Source: Bacteroidales bacterium (GTDB taxonomy: Bacteria; Bacteroidota; Bacteroidia; Bacteroidales; UBA12481). From it: a stretch of DNA of 64,000 nucleotides. Positions 27,922 to 37,070 of this stretch are shown here, piece after piece. Both the position numbers and the translations under genes were made by a program. Numbering within the stretch: the stretch's first letter is position 1; each line of letters starts with the position of its first letter. The stretch is from positions 78,595-142,594 of the forward strand of contig JBAZTE010000008.1 of assembly GCA_041662065.1 (NCBI GenBank), in the 5' to 3' direction. The notes below the pieces were generated by a model. It was not told where the DNA came from, did no database searches, and saw nothing but the letters and a program-made list of their open reading frames with translations.

Positions 27922-29604
27922 CTAACAAATTTTAACAAATTTGGATGATACAGTTTTATTGTCTTTAGCATGAACCTTTATAAAATATACTCCCGGCTTC
28001 AAATCGGAAACATTAATCATTGGATTTAGCGAGTTTAACAGCTGATTGTAAACTGTCACACCCAGCATATTAATAATCATAACCGATTCAATATCTGCTC
28101 CTGCATAATTCAATTGAAGGAAATTCCCGGACGGATTCGGATAACTTGTCAGGATGCTTTCATCCGTGTCAAGTACTGATGCTACAATGCCCAATGAACC
28201 GTCCAATGCGATATTTTGCCCTCTTACTTCCTGATTTGGCGTGGGATCTCCCTCCAACCACGTTGCGACAATTTGTTTATCAGGAAACAGCCCCACTTTA
28301 AAAAAACTTTTTGGCTTAGCTGATGTAGCAAAACTAACCGGGTGAGTCCAATTGGCTTCACCTTTTTCAACAGTGTACGAGCCCATATAGTAATGAACAA
28401 TATCATTGAATCCCAGAGCCGGGTATACACCAAAAGCAATGTAGAAATTATCATGATCCATAACACTTGCTTCAATTCTATGGAAATCAGTGGAATCAGC
28501 AAACAGCGCTTTTCCGGTGGTTCCCCAGGCAATTTTTCCATTTCGCTCCACTTTCTGTCCAAAAATGGTCTTCCGCCATTGTGCCGGATCCTGCGTTCTT
28601 TGCCAGATTATGATTGTACTGCTATCTGATGCTTGTCCAACAACCCTGGGATAGAAATGGTGTATGGCCGGCTCCGAAGTAAGTGCTATACCGTTATCTT
28701 CCCAAAGCGTATTACCTGCACCATCTATCCTTTGGGCATAAGAAATCTCTAAACCATCGTGGTCCCTGTCATCATGCCAGGTAACAACAACTTCCCTGGT
28801 ATCCGTAATCAAGGCATCATATTGATCCCAGAAGACAATGCCTCCCGCATCCGACACGGTTTTATCATCTTGAAAAATGGCATTCCCCTCCTTATCAAAC
28901 AATTGATACAGAAGATTAATATCATAATCAGGATAAGTACCTGTCTTTTTCGTAAAAAGAAGCACAATATTTTCTCCTGTTGAAAAGACTTGTGCGCGTT
29001 CCGCGTTTGGAATGGATTTCCCCTGAATCCCCCAGGGCAGGGTTTTGTCGGGCGTAATTCTCTGAAAGAAAGAACCAATGGATTCTCCGTACCATCCGGC
29101 AGAAACAATTATTTCGTTTTCACTATTATAGGAAGCTGAAATACGGGTTATCCAATTATCTGCCATGGTTTCCATGATACTCACCCCGTCATTTCCCCAC
29201 AAAGACTCACCTTCCTGATTCAATTTATAACAGACCAACCCCTGTTTCCCGTTATCTCTGAAATCGCTGAAAACGATGACCAGATTACCCTCGTCATCAC
29301 TTAACATGACCTGCTCTTCGGCATTGGAACCCTGAGGATGTGAGCTGATCAGCAAACCATTTACATCCCATAGATTTTTACCGTCGACATCCAGCAACTG
29401 AACATATAAATTGTAATTGTTATTGTCACCCGATTGATAAAACCAGCTCACAAACAGTCTGTCATGTGTTGTTTTCACCGACTTCACACTGGTCATAATT
29501 CCGGATCTCAGCACAAGATTCTCCTCCGGGTTGGCATTCCATTGACCTGACAAACAATGAGTAATCAGTAATGCTATACTTATTGTTAAAACAATTCTTT
29601 TCAT
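27922..29604 (-). CDS. T9SS C-terminal-sorting-domain protein, propeller-like N-terminal region (560 aa)
   Basis: ORF track. It has a signal peptide, and the C-terminus reads YPNPSGNFLQLNY...GVYFIKVHAKDNKTVSSKFVKIC. Confidence 0.75.
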   Translation of the reverse strand: MKRIVLTISIALLITHCLSGQWNANPEENLVLRSGIMTSVKSVKTTHDRLFVSWFYQSGDNNNYNLYVQLLDVDGKNLWDVNGLLISSHPQGSNAEEQVMLSDDEGNLVIVFSDFRDNGKQGLVCYKLNQEGESLWGNDGVSIMETMADNWITRISASYNSENEIIVSAGWYGESIGSFFQRITPDKTLPWGIQGKSIPNAERAQVFSTGENIVLLFTKKTGTYPDYDINLLYQLFDKEGNAIFQDDKTVSDAGGIVFWDQYDALITDTREVVVTWHDDRDHDGLEISYAQRIDGAGNTLWEDNGIALTSEPAIHHFYPRVVGQASDSSTIIIWQRTQDPAQWRKTIFGQKVERNGKIAWGTTGKALFADSTDFHRIEASVMDHDNFYIAFGVYPALGFNDIVHYYMGSYTVEKGEANWTHPVSFATSAKPKSFFKVGLFPDKQIVATWLEGDPTPNQEVRGQNIALDGSLGIVASVLDTDESILTSYPNPSGNFLQLNYAGADIESVMIINMLGVTVYNQLLNSLNPMINVSDLKPGVYFIKVHAKDNKTVSSKFVKIC

Positions 29605-29637
29605 GTTTGAAACATTATATAAATTCTAAATTCCGAT

Positions 29638-31116
29638 TTACTCCAAAATGATCTTTTTGCGTAGGAGAGTTCCGTCAATATTCAGACTTAAAAAATAGAT
29701 GCCTGCCGGATTGCCGGGTAAGTTTATCGTGGCCAATTGACTGTTATGGATTGTGGCAGTGTAAATTTCCCTGCCGATCTGGTCGGTTACAGAAATGATT
29801 GCGCTTTTATATCCGGTGGTTCCAAAAGATAAATTTACTGTTTCCCTGGCCGGATTGGGAAAAACCTGAATGCTCTTTTCCAGAGCCTGCTCATCTATAC
29901 CGGATGCATCAGTTACACGTAAGGTGAATGTGGCCATTGCGGAAGCTGCGGCCGGATCAGTAGCGGTCACCTTCACATAGAATGAGCCCGCTTCGGTTGG
30001 TGTACCAATAAAGCTGCATGAATCAGGATCAAAACTTAACCAGGAGGGCAGGGGATTTCCATTGCTCAGGCTGGCGGTATAGGTGAGCGTGTTGTTCCCG
30101 TTGTCATCAATAAAGGAGCTGTCAGAAATGGCAAAACTATTGGATCGCCCGGTTTTAAATGTCTGATTTTGCAAGGTGTATCTCACATAGGGGGTAAAGT
30201 TGGTTTGCCGCAGGCTATCAATAAGATTGTCAATGGCTACCCAATAGATAAAGTAGGACGACAATGCGTTTCCACCGCGCATGAAAAACAGGTATTTATT
30301 GTCTTTTGTGACGAACGGACAAGCTTCCCAGTTAGGATTCGGGGTATTAACCTGCGGGCCGAGAGTTTTAGGATTGGTCCAGCGGCCATTGTCTGTTTTA
30401 TAGCTGATAAACAGGTCGCTCGCCGAACCTTCGATGAAACGGCAGAAGATGATATAGGATTCGTCCCTCGAGATAAAAAAATCATTTTCAGTCGCTGTTG
30501 TATTTATTGGTTTACCAAGGTTTTGTAAGGTTGTGTCGCCATTCCTGATATACAGATTGCAAAGATCTGTGGCTGACCCGGTAGAGGTTGGCGAGCCGGC
30601 CGTATAATAGTTTTTCAAATTGGTTTCCTGGAAATAGTGAGTATTGCGGTTCATGGATAACAATCTTTGGGGGACAGTCCAGCCGGTACCATTTCTCAGT
30701 GAATAGAATGTACAGGATAACGTATTGTTATTCAGGTTCTTTTGCATGTACATAATGCTGTCGTTAGGGGAAAGAGAGGGCGCAACGTATCCCTCAAATA
30801 CCACGAACGGGCCCTGCCAGCTGGTGCCGGAATATTTGTAATATTTTATCCGCGACGAAGTTGCCGGCCAATTGTCCAGTTCACCATAATAGATCTCCTT
30901 GTTATCGGTGGTGATAGTAATCCTTTCGGCAGCCGCTAGTCCGGGGGTGACGGGCAACTGGAATACCTTTGGAGTTATTCCGGGAACCTGTTGACCCAGA
31001 TACATACTGGCCGGAGGTATGGACTGGGCAAAGCATGCACTTGCTAAAAACAAAAGGACGATGGGAAGAAGACTGGTTTTAAAGGGTAATGCAAAGCGTA
31101 GATTAGTGTTTCTCAT
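29638..31116 (-). CDS. T9SS cargo protein: TolB-like propeller + Ig-like domain + T9SS CTD (paralogue 3)
   Basis: The ORF-track ORF extends to 31248, but that extension translates the operator module (…HLILPLITFSF…). The real start is most likely ATG 31116 (MRNTNLRFALPFKTSLLPIVLLFLASACFAQ). It contains LPSWLSFDPDSCSFIGTPTE, and the C-terminus reads FPNPARETVNLSF...GIYFLSLNIDGTLLRKKIILE. Confidence 0.8.
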   Translation of the reverse strand: MRNTNLRFALPFKTSLLPIVLLFLASACFAQSIPPASMYLGQQVPGITPKVFQLPVTPGLAAAERITITTDNKEIYYGELDNWPATSSRIKYYKYSGTSWQGPFVVFEGYVAPSLSPNDSIMYMQKNLNNNTLSCTFYSLRNGTGWTVPQRLLSMNRNTHYFQETNLKNYYTAGSPTSTGSATDLCNLYIRNGDTTLQNLGKPINTTATENDFFISRDESYIIFCRFIEGSASDLFISYKTDNGRWTNPKTLGPQVNTPNPNWEACPFVTKDNKYLFFMRGGNALSSYFIYWVAIDNLIDSLRQTNFTPYVRYTLQNQTFKTGRSNSFAISDSSFIDDNGNNTLTYTASLSNGNPLPSWLSFDPDSCSFIGTPTEAGSFYVKVTATDPAAASAMATFTLRVTDASGIDEQALEKSIQVFPNPARETVNLSFGTTGYKSAIISVTDQIGREIYTATIHNSQLATINLPGNPAGIYFLSLNIDGTLLRKKIILE

Positions 31117-31151
31117 TTTTCCTTGAGTTGTTTGTTTTATAAATTCAGTCT

Positions 31152-31220
31152 CAAAGGAAATGGACAACCAACCTTTATCAAAGGAGAAAGTGATAAGCGG
31201 TAGTATAAGGTGATAACCGG
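31152..31220 (-). promoter_or_regulatory. operator+promoter module copy 8
   Basis: The reverse complement reads CCGGTTATCACcttatactaCCGCTTATCACtttctccTTTGataaaggttggttgtccaTTTCCTTTG. It lies 35 nt upstream of ATG 31116. Confidence 0.65.
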
Positions 31221-31278
31221 TTTTAATACCAAAAGTATGAACATGCAAATTGTTTTCATTTTCTTCAGCAGTTGGTAT

Positions 31279-32223
31279 CTATTTACTCTTTAAAAATTCA
31301 ATTGTCTCTCTAATTCCTTCACTATATGATTTCGGACTATAATTGAAATGCTTATTGAACTTTGATGAATCAAAATGATACTCATATTCGCTCTGGTAAA
31401 GCATCTCATAAGCCTCTGATATGGTCTTATTAAATAATCCGACCATTTTAATCAGTAATTTTGGCAATACAGAATACTTGGATGCAACTCCAATTTCCTT
31501 TGCCACTAAATTTATGAATGTTTTCCCATCTATTGCCGGATTATAAGTCGGCAAATGCCAGACTTGATTAAAAGCATTATTATTATTGGCAAGCAAGTAA
31601 AGTCCACTAGCACAGTCAATAGTATATGTGTACGAATGAGGTTGATTGACATTAACCATCCATTGAGCATTTTTGCCTTGCATCAATTTTTCAATTACCA
31701 TTAGATATGGAATACTTGTTTTAGTTGCATAAGGACCATATAAATCTGCAGCTCGGGCAATTATTGCATTCACATTATTTTGTGCAATTTCACTTTCTAA
31801 AAGTGTCGCAATCTTAGCGCGAATCTCTCCTTTTTTACTGCATGGATTGTATGGCGTTGTTTCTACCATTTTACCATCAACTTTGCCATACATATAAACA
31901 TTATCAAAAAATATCAACTTTGCTCCAATATTTTTGCAAGCATCAATTGTATTTTTCATAATCTTTGGCCATGTATTTTCCCAGACTTTCGTATCATAAG
32001 GAAGGCCAATACATAAATATACAATATCGGACTGCTTAACGCTCTCCAATGTTTCAGAATAAGATGTAATATCTGCTTTGACAGATTCTGCGCCTATGAT
32101 AGAAAACTTACTGCGTGAAACAAGTCTCACGTCTTGACCATTTTCTAATAATTTAAAAGCTAACGCATTTCCTATCGAACCGCCTGCTCCAAGAATTGTT
32201 TGTTTCATTTTCTCTGTTTTCAT
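31279..32223 (-). CDS. NAD-dependent epimerase/dehydratase-family (extended/atypical SDR) protein (314 aa)
   Basis: ORF track. It has the N-terminal Rossmann motif ILGAGGSIGNALAFKLL. Confidence 0.7.
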   Translation of the reverse strand: MKTEKMKQTILGAGGSIGNALAFKLLENGQDVRLVSRSKFSIIGAESVKADITSYSETLESVKQSDIVYLCIGLPYDTKVWENTWPKIMKNTIDACKNIGAKLIFFDNVYMYGKVDGKMVETTPYNPCSKKGEIRAKIATLLESEIAQNNVNAIIARAADLYGPYATKTSIPYLMVIEKLMQGKNAQWMVNVNQPHSYTYTIDCASGLYLLANNNNAFNQVWHLPTYNPAIDGKTFINLVAKEIGVASKYSVLPKLLIKMVGLFNKTISEAYEMLYQSEYEYHFDSSKFNKHFNYSPKSYSEGIRETIEFLKSK

Positions 32224-32237
32224 TTTTCCTATATCAA

Positions 32238-32726
32238 CTAATATTTTAATTTTTGTTCTAACACTTTGTCATGCGGTTCAATGAATCCAAATCGTCTATA
32301 AATTGGTTCTCCGTCTTGAGTCGCATGCAGATCAATCCGGTCAAGGTTCCTTTGTTTTGCTTCATCGATAAGCTTTTGGAAAAGAAGGGTCCCAATTCCA
32401 TTGTTTCTAAACTCTTTTAGGGTGAACATGTTTAAAATATACCCGGTCTTTCCATTTGGGATCTCAAAATTTCCAGGTTGCTCTCTGATTACCATTCCGC
32501 TGAACCCAATTGATTTGTTATCAAATTCGGCAATCCAAGAAATGAAGGAATCGTTTTCTATCGATTTTGTGAAATACTGTCTTAAAGATTTTCTTAGGCT
32601 TAATTCGAGTTTTTTGCCAGGAATACCTTGCACTTCTTGTAGGAAGATGATTCTGTATTCGATAATAGTTTCAATGTCTGAAATGGTAACCTTTTTTAAT
32701 GTAACCTTATTTTTATCGATTTCCAT
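32238..32726 (-). CDS. GNAT-family N-acetyltransferase (162 aa)
   Basis: ORF track. It has the acetyl-CoA binding-type segment RNNGIGTLLFQKLIDEA. Confidence 0.75.
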   Translation of the reverse strand: MEIDKNKVTLKKVTISDIETIIEYRIIFLQEVQGIPGKKLELSLRKSLRQYFTKSIENDSFISWIAEFDNKSIGFSGMVIREQPGNFEIPNGKTGYILNMFTLKEFRNNGIGTLLFQKLIDEAKQRNLDRIDLHATQDGEPIYRRFGFIEPHDKVLEQKLKY

Positions 32727-32820
32727 TTTTCAATAGTTTTAGTTGGTCTGTCATATGCTTATACCTAACTGGCTTGTAAGTACTAGCCATCATAAAATGA
32801 CTGTTTTAGCTCTATATATA

Positions 32821-33732
32821 TCAGGCCCCGCCGATACTGACAATGCGGTTACCGTGCTCCAACGTATTTCTTAAACTTTCCAGATCCTCCGAATTCATTG
32901 AGGGAATTCCTGTCTGCACCTGATGCGTGTATATCGACTTTAGTTTGTCCTCCCCGAAACGGTGATAAGGCAATAAATGTATTTCTTTAGCAGCAGCAGT
33001 TGTAAGAAATTGATCCAGAAGCGATATCTTATCTGGTTCATAATTTATTCCCGGTATAATTGGAATGCGAAAAACAACATGACTTTTCTGTTCAATAAGT
33101 TTATACGCATTTGATAATATTCTAACATTATCTATACCCGTATTCGTTTTATGTAATACCGGATCAATACCTTTAATATCAAAATAGAAAATATCAACAT
33201 ATCTGGTCAGTAATTTTAGTTTATTCCAATGCAATATCCCGGAAGTTTCCAGAACAATGTGATAACTCTCGTTTTTCAATGCCTCCAGCAGATTCACAAG
33301 AAAATCGTATTGTAATGTTGGCTCTCCGCCTGAAATTGTTACACCGCCACCCGAACGTGAGTAAAATGAGGTTTCTTTTCTGATTTCAACCATGATTTCT
33401 TCGACAGTCATTTGTCTGCCTATCATTTCCAAGGCTTGCGACATACAAACTTCTGTGCATTTTCCGCAATTGTCACAAACCGCCCAGTCAATTCTATGGG
33501 TACTTTTCAGATCAATCACTTTGAGGGGACAGGCTTGCTGACATTTTTTACATGAAATACATTTGGATGCATGAAAGGATATCTGCGGCCAGGGATATAT
33601 CGACTCAGGATTTTCACACCAGAGACATCTCAAGGTACAACCCTTGAAAAAAATAACCGTCCGTATGCCCGGTCCGTCGGACAGACAATAATTTTGAATA
33701 TTGAAGATAGTGCCTTTCATGATTGATTTCAT
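32821..33732 (-). CDS. glycyl-radical enzyme activating protein (radical SAM, with two auxiliary 4Fe-4S motifs) (303 aa)
   Basis: ORF track. It has GPGIRTVIFFKGCTLRCLWCENPES (CxxxCxxC) plus CISCKKCQQAC and CDNCGKCTEVC. It overlaps the GRE stop by 4 nt. Confidence 0.9.
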   Translation of the reverse strand: MKSIMKGTIFNIQNYCLSDGPGIRTVIFFKGCTLRCLWCENPESIYPWPQISFHASKCISCKKCQQACPLKVIDLKSTHRIDWAVCDNCGKCTEVCMSQALEMIGRQMTVEEIMVEIRKETSFYSRSGGGVTISGGEPTLQYDFLVNLLEALKNESYHIVLETSGILHWNKLKLLTRYVDIFYFDIKGIDPVLHKTNTGIDNVRILSNAYKLIEQKSHVVFRIPIIPGINYEPDKISLLDQFLTTAAAKEIHLLPYHRFGEDKLKSIYTHQVQTGIPSMNSEDLESLRNTLEHGNRIVSIGGA

Positions 33733-36203
33733 TTGTGATATTCGGTACGCGAAATAATTTCATCCTGGGTAAACTTGGTTAGCTCAACGAATCTGGCACT
33801 ATAGCCCGAAATTCTTACCAGCAAATCCTGATAATTTTCAGGGAACTGCTGTGCCAGTTTTAAGGTCTCAGCATCCACAACGGTTGCCTGAAGATTCTGT
33901 CCATTATAATCATAAAAATAGGCCAGTATCATATTTTTAAATCTTTTGATCTTGTCAGTGGAGTTAAAAAGAGATGGATTGAATCTTAGATTTACTGACA
34001 CCCCTGAAATGACTTTTGAAAAATTCAGCTTGCTCACTGATTTCAGAGTGGCTGTGTAACCTTTTTTTTCTCTTCCCCTTGCGCTTCCGGCACCTATGGA
34101 AAAAGGTTCCATTTGTTTCCTTCCATCAGGAGTTGCTCCGGTTACAAAACCAAGCACAACATGACCATTTTCAGAATGTACACCAATAGTGTGTTTGCCA
34201 TTCCTGAAAGTACTGTATTTTGAAGCCTCGGTGGAGCAGAAATTCGCCACATCCTGAGCAATCAGGTCAACACAGTCAATGTCATTTCCGTATTTTGAGA
34301 TTTTGTTGAGCAGATATAATCTGTCGTGTTCATAGCCATCAAAATTCTGGCGTAACATTTTTTTGAGTGATTTCAGAGAATATACCTGATCCTCAAAAAC
34401 GGCTTTTTTTACTGCTATAAGGGAATCTGCCAACGTTCCAAGTCCGAGTAATGATATCCCGGTCAGATTGGTTTTTGCTCCTCCTGATTTAACATCAAGA
34501 CCGCTTTTCATTGTTCCGTCAACAAGAGCAGATATCAGCGTATTAGGCAATAACTCTTTATGCGCTTTGTCCACCTTCATCAGTGTGATGGTGACATTTT
34601 TTATAACCTCCGATAAATAGCCCTTATATGATTCGTAAAAATCTTCATATGAATTGTAATCCTGATTCCTTTTAAGAAATAGTTCGAGCGTTCGGGGCAA
34701 TACCAAATGGGCAGCGCAAACTGAGCCATACGTTGAGGCAGGAATGGGTTGTACACACCCCGATAGGAGATAGTTTCTGGCATCCTCTAATGGAATACCG
34801 TTATTTATAAATCCCTGAATAATAGTCTCGTCATTAAAAATCTGAACGGTATTGGCGCCACTGCTCATGATACTCGTGACCAGATCCAGAAATTTGTCAG
34901 GAGTACCTTTATGGAGCCGTACTGCCGGATTAGGCTGAATCATCCTGCAATTGGAAAGAGCCTCAAGGAAAAGATACGAAACCTCATTTGTAGCATCTTC
35001 CCCATTACTGTCGACACCACCGATGGTCAGCGTTAGCCTGCCGCTATTCCCGTCTTCGAAAAAACTTGCCCCATTATGAAGTAAAAATTCTATTTCATTT
35101 ACTTTTAATACAAAGCATTCAATCAGTTCCAATGCCTGAACCCGGGTAATTCGGCCTTGTTTAATATCTTCTTGATAAAGAGGGTCCAAAACCTGGTCCC
35201 ATCTGCCAAAAGGTACTTCGTGTCCGCAGTCGTCATTCAAAACCGCAAGATACATGAACCACAGTGATTGAATCCCTTCATGAAAAGTGCGTGGAGGGTT
35301 TGCCGGGACATGGCGGCATATCTGAGCAACTTTCAATAACTCAGCTTTTCTTTGAGGAGATTCTGCCGTTTTCTCCATCGATTCAGCCAATGCTGCATAT
35401 CGGTTGGCTAATGTAATTACCCCGCGCATTGAATCGGCGAGGGCAATATAAAGATCATTGTTCCAAACTATTTTATATTTTTCGGCCTCACCAATGATTT
35501 GGTTCAGTCCTTTTTGTACTGTTTTTTCAATATTGGGATGGAACAGGAAAACTCCGCCTCCAAAAGCGTGTTCAGCTAAATAATTAAACTGATTCATCAG
35601 TGATTTCTCTTCTCTGGAAAGATAAGTTCGATAAAGGGAGTAAGCATTTTTTCCCTTCCAATAAGGAATTATGATATTTTCCAGATCAAGCTTTTCCTTT
35701 GTTCCGATAAGGAATCGCTGTGATGCCCGATTTTCCGGATTATCGAATTTCATATTAAATAACAACTTCGCTGAAGCCAGTTGCATCCCCAGAAATTTAT
35801 CGAACCTGTATATTAATCGGGAACTTGTATCGGTAATTGTAGTAAGTGTCCTTTTGAAAAGTTGATTATGTTTTCCTCCTGTTGACATCCCGTCAATATT
35901 GGTTTCCGGAGATAAAAACGCACCTTTTCTTTTTTCTGTGATGCCGCCCACCAAGAGCTCGTCATCGTAAATTTTGATTGGAATATCTTCCATTAGTGTC
36001 CGAAATGCAAGAGACCGTTTAAGTAATAGTGCTTTTTCACGGTTTTGCTCGAACACTTCGGTAAATACTCTTCCCCGGACAGACGAAATTTCACGAATTG
36101 TGGATTGTATGGTTTTTTTGAGCGCCCTTGTCCTGATTGTGGACATGGTATATTTATGTTTTTCGTAATTCATTTTGTCCTGGTGAATTTGTTGGAGCTC
36201 CAT
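33729..36203 (-). CDS. glycyl radical enzyme of the PFL2/glycerol-dehydratase-like class, substrate unknown (824 aa)
   Basis: ORF track. The glycyl radical motif is VRISGYSARF (Gly800, codon 33804-33806). The Cys loop is ARNYLLSGCVQP (Cys483, codon 34755-34757). The Cys-to-Gly distance (317 aa) is as in known GREs. Confidence 0.9.
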   Translation of the reverse strand: MELQQIHQDKMNYEKHKYTMSTIRTRALKKTIQSTIREISSVRGRVFTEVFEQNREKALLLKRSLAFRTLMEDIPIKIYDDELLVGGITEKRKGAFLSPETNIDGMSTGGKHNQLFKRTLTTITDTSSRLIYRFDKFLGMQLASAKLLFNMKFDNPENRASQRFLIGTKEKLDLENIIIPYWKGKNAYSLYRTYLSREEKSLMNQFNYLAEHAFGGGVFLFHPNIEKTVQKGLNQIIGEAEKYKIVWNNDLYIALADSMRGVITLANRYAALAESMEKTAESPQRKAELLKVAQICRHVPANPPRTFHEGIQSLWFMYLAVLNDDCGHEVPFGRWDQVLDPLYQEDIKQGRITRVQALELIECFVLKVNEIEFLLHNGASFFEDGNSGRLTLTIGGVDSNGEDATNEVSYLFLEALSNCRMIQPNPAVRLHKGTPDKFLDLVTSIMSSGANTVQIFNDETIIQGFINNGIPLEDARNYLLSGCVQPIPASTYGSVCAAHLVLPRTLELFLKRNQDYNSYEDFYESYKGYLSEVIKNVTITLMKVDKAHKELLPNTLISALVDGTMKSGLDVKSGGAKTNLTGISLLGLGTLADSLIAVKKAVFEDQVYSLKSLKKMLRQNFDGYEHDRLYLLNKISKYGNDIDCVDLIAQDVANFCSTEASKYSTFRNGKHTIGVHSENGHVVLGFVTGATPDGRKQMEPFSIGAGSARGREKKGYTATLKSVSKLNFSKVISGVSVNLRFNPSLFNSTDKIKRFKNMILAYFYDYNGQNLQATVVDAETLKLAQQFPENYQDLLVRISGYSARFVELTKFTQDEIISRTEYHK

Positions 36204-36245
36204 TGTTATTCTTGTCCTTTGCTTTTTACGCGGGAGAATCTTAAG

Positions 36246-37064
36246 CTATCTGCCTGGTACAATGGTAGTATCCCAAACATCGGAATAATAAATTCCGAAA
36301 TTCCCCAGTGCCCCGTTATCGAAATTGCCGATCGGGTTATAAGGTGTTGCCGAAATAAAACCAGGCAGGCCCATATCATTGATTTGTTCATAATAAGAAT
36401 AACTGACGGAATCAATGCATTGGAACTCCAGGCAAACGGTATCACCAAGCTGAAAATCATATTCATCAAGTGGCATGTTGACTTCAGCCCCGTCGAACGG
36501 CTGGTCATTGTTAATCGAAATACTTCCGGGCACTATCTTGCCATTTTTACTTACTTTAAACCGGTAGTAATTGGCTATTCCGGCCGGATCCTTCCACTTA
36601 GGGCTCAGGAGAAATACCAAGGGACTGTTTGGGCCGGGACCTCCGAAACCCATGACCACGTTCAGGCTGTCAAGGTTTACCCTTACCGGAACTTCAGTTT
36701 TCGCTAAGAAAATTTCTCCTGATGATAGGGTCACGCTGAGATTGAAAACATCACCCGGACTAACAGTTAAACCATTGGCAAAATAAAAACCCGGTGTATC
36801 CTCCGGTAAAGTTTTAATTAACCCTGATTTGTTCGTCAATTCAACTTTGGCGCCAATAATTTTTGGCAGGGACTCGGTATGGTAAAAATCGAGGGAATGA
36901 GTGAGGAAAACATTGCACTCGCCCCGACTGGCGTTCAATGTGGCATCTATCACTACCCGGGATGCTGAGTTCTTCAGGTCCAGCTTGATTACATCTTCGC
37001 ACGAAGTCAAAAATAGGACCGGAGCGAAAATCAGAAGAAACGGAATTATTAATAGTCTTTTCAT
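36246..37064 (-). CDS. DUF4249-type lipoprotein (usual partner of CarboxypepD_reg-type TonB-dependent receptors) (272 aa)
   Basis: ORF track. It has a lipobox LTSC, and its size and position directly after a TonB-dependent receptor fit. The family is assigned from memory of this gene pairing. Confidence 0.55.
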   Translation of the reverse strand: MKRLLIIPFLLIFAPVLFLTSCEDVIKLDLKNSASRVVIDATLNASRGECNVFLTHSLDFYHTESLPKIIGAKVELTNKSGLIKTLPEDTPGFYFANGLTVSPGDVFNLSVTLSSGEIFLAKTEVPVRVNLDSLNVVMGFGGPGPNSPLVFLLSPKWKDPAGIANYYRFKVSKNGKIVPGSISINNDQPFDGAEVNMPLDEYDFQLGDTVCLEFQCIDSVSYSYYEQINDMGLPGFISATPYNPIGNFDNGALGNFGIYYSDVWDTTIVPGR

Positions 37065-37070
37065 GTTTTG

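Noticed and set aside
31117-31248. N-terminal extension of the ORF 29638-31248 (MHVHTFGIKTGYHLILPLITFSFDKG...)
   Set aside because: The extension translates operator/promoter module copy 8. A perfect signal peptide starts at ATG 31116. The same reasoning trimmed 44984-46486 to 46216, 51088-51834 to 51750, 54967-58674 to 55150 and 37071-39458 to 39407.
36045-36707. 220-aa plus-strand ORF spanning the GRE start and the DUF4249 3' end
   Set aside because: It crosses two well-supported minus-strand genes and their intergenic gap and has a low-complexity composition, so it is a spurious antisense ORF.
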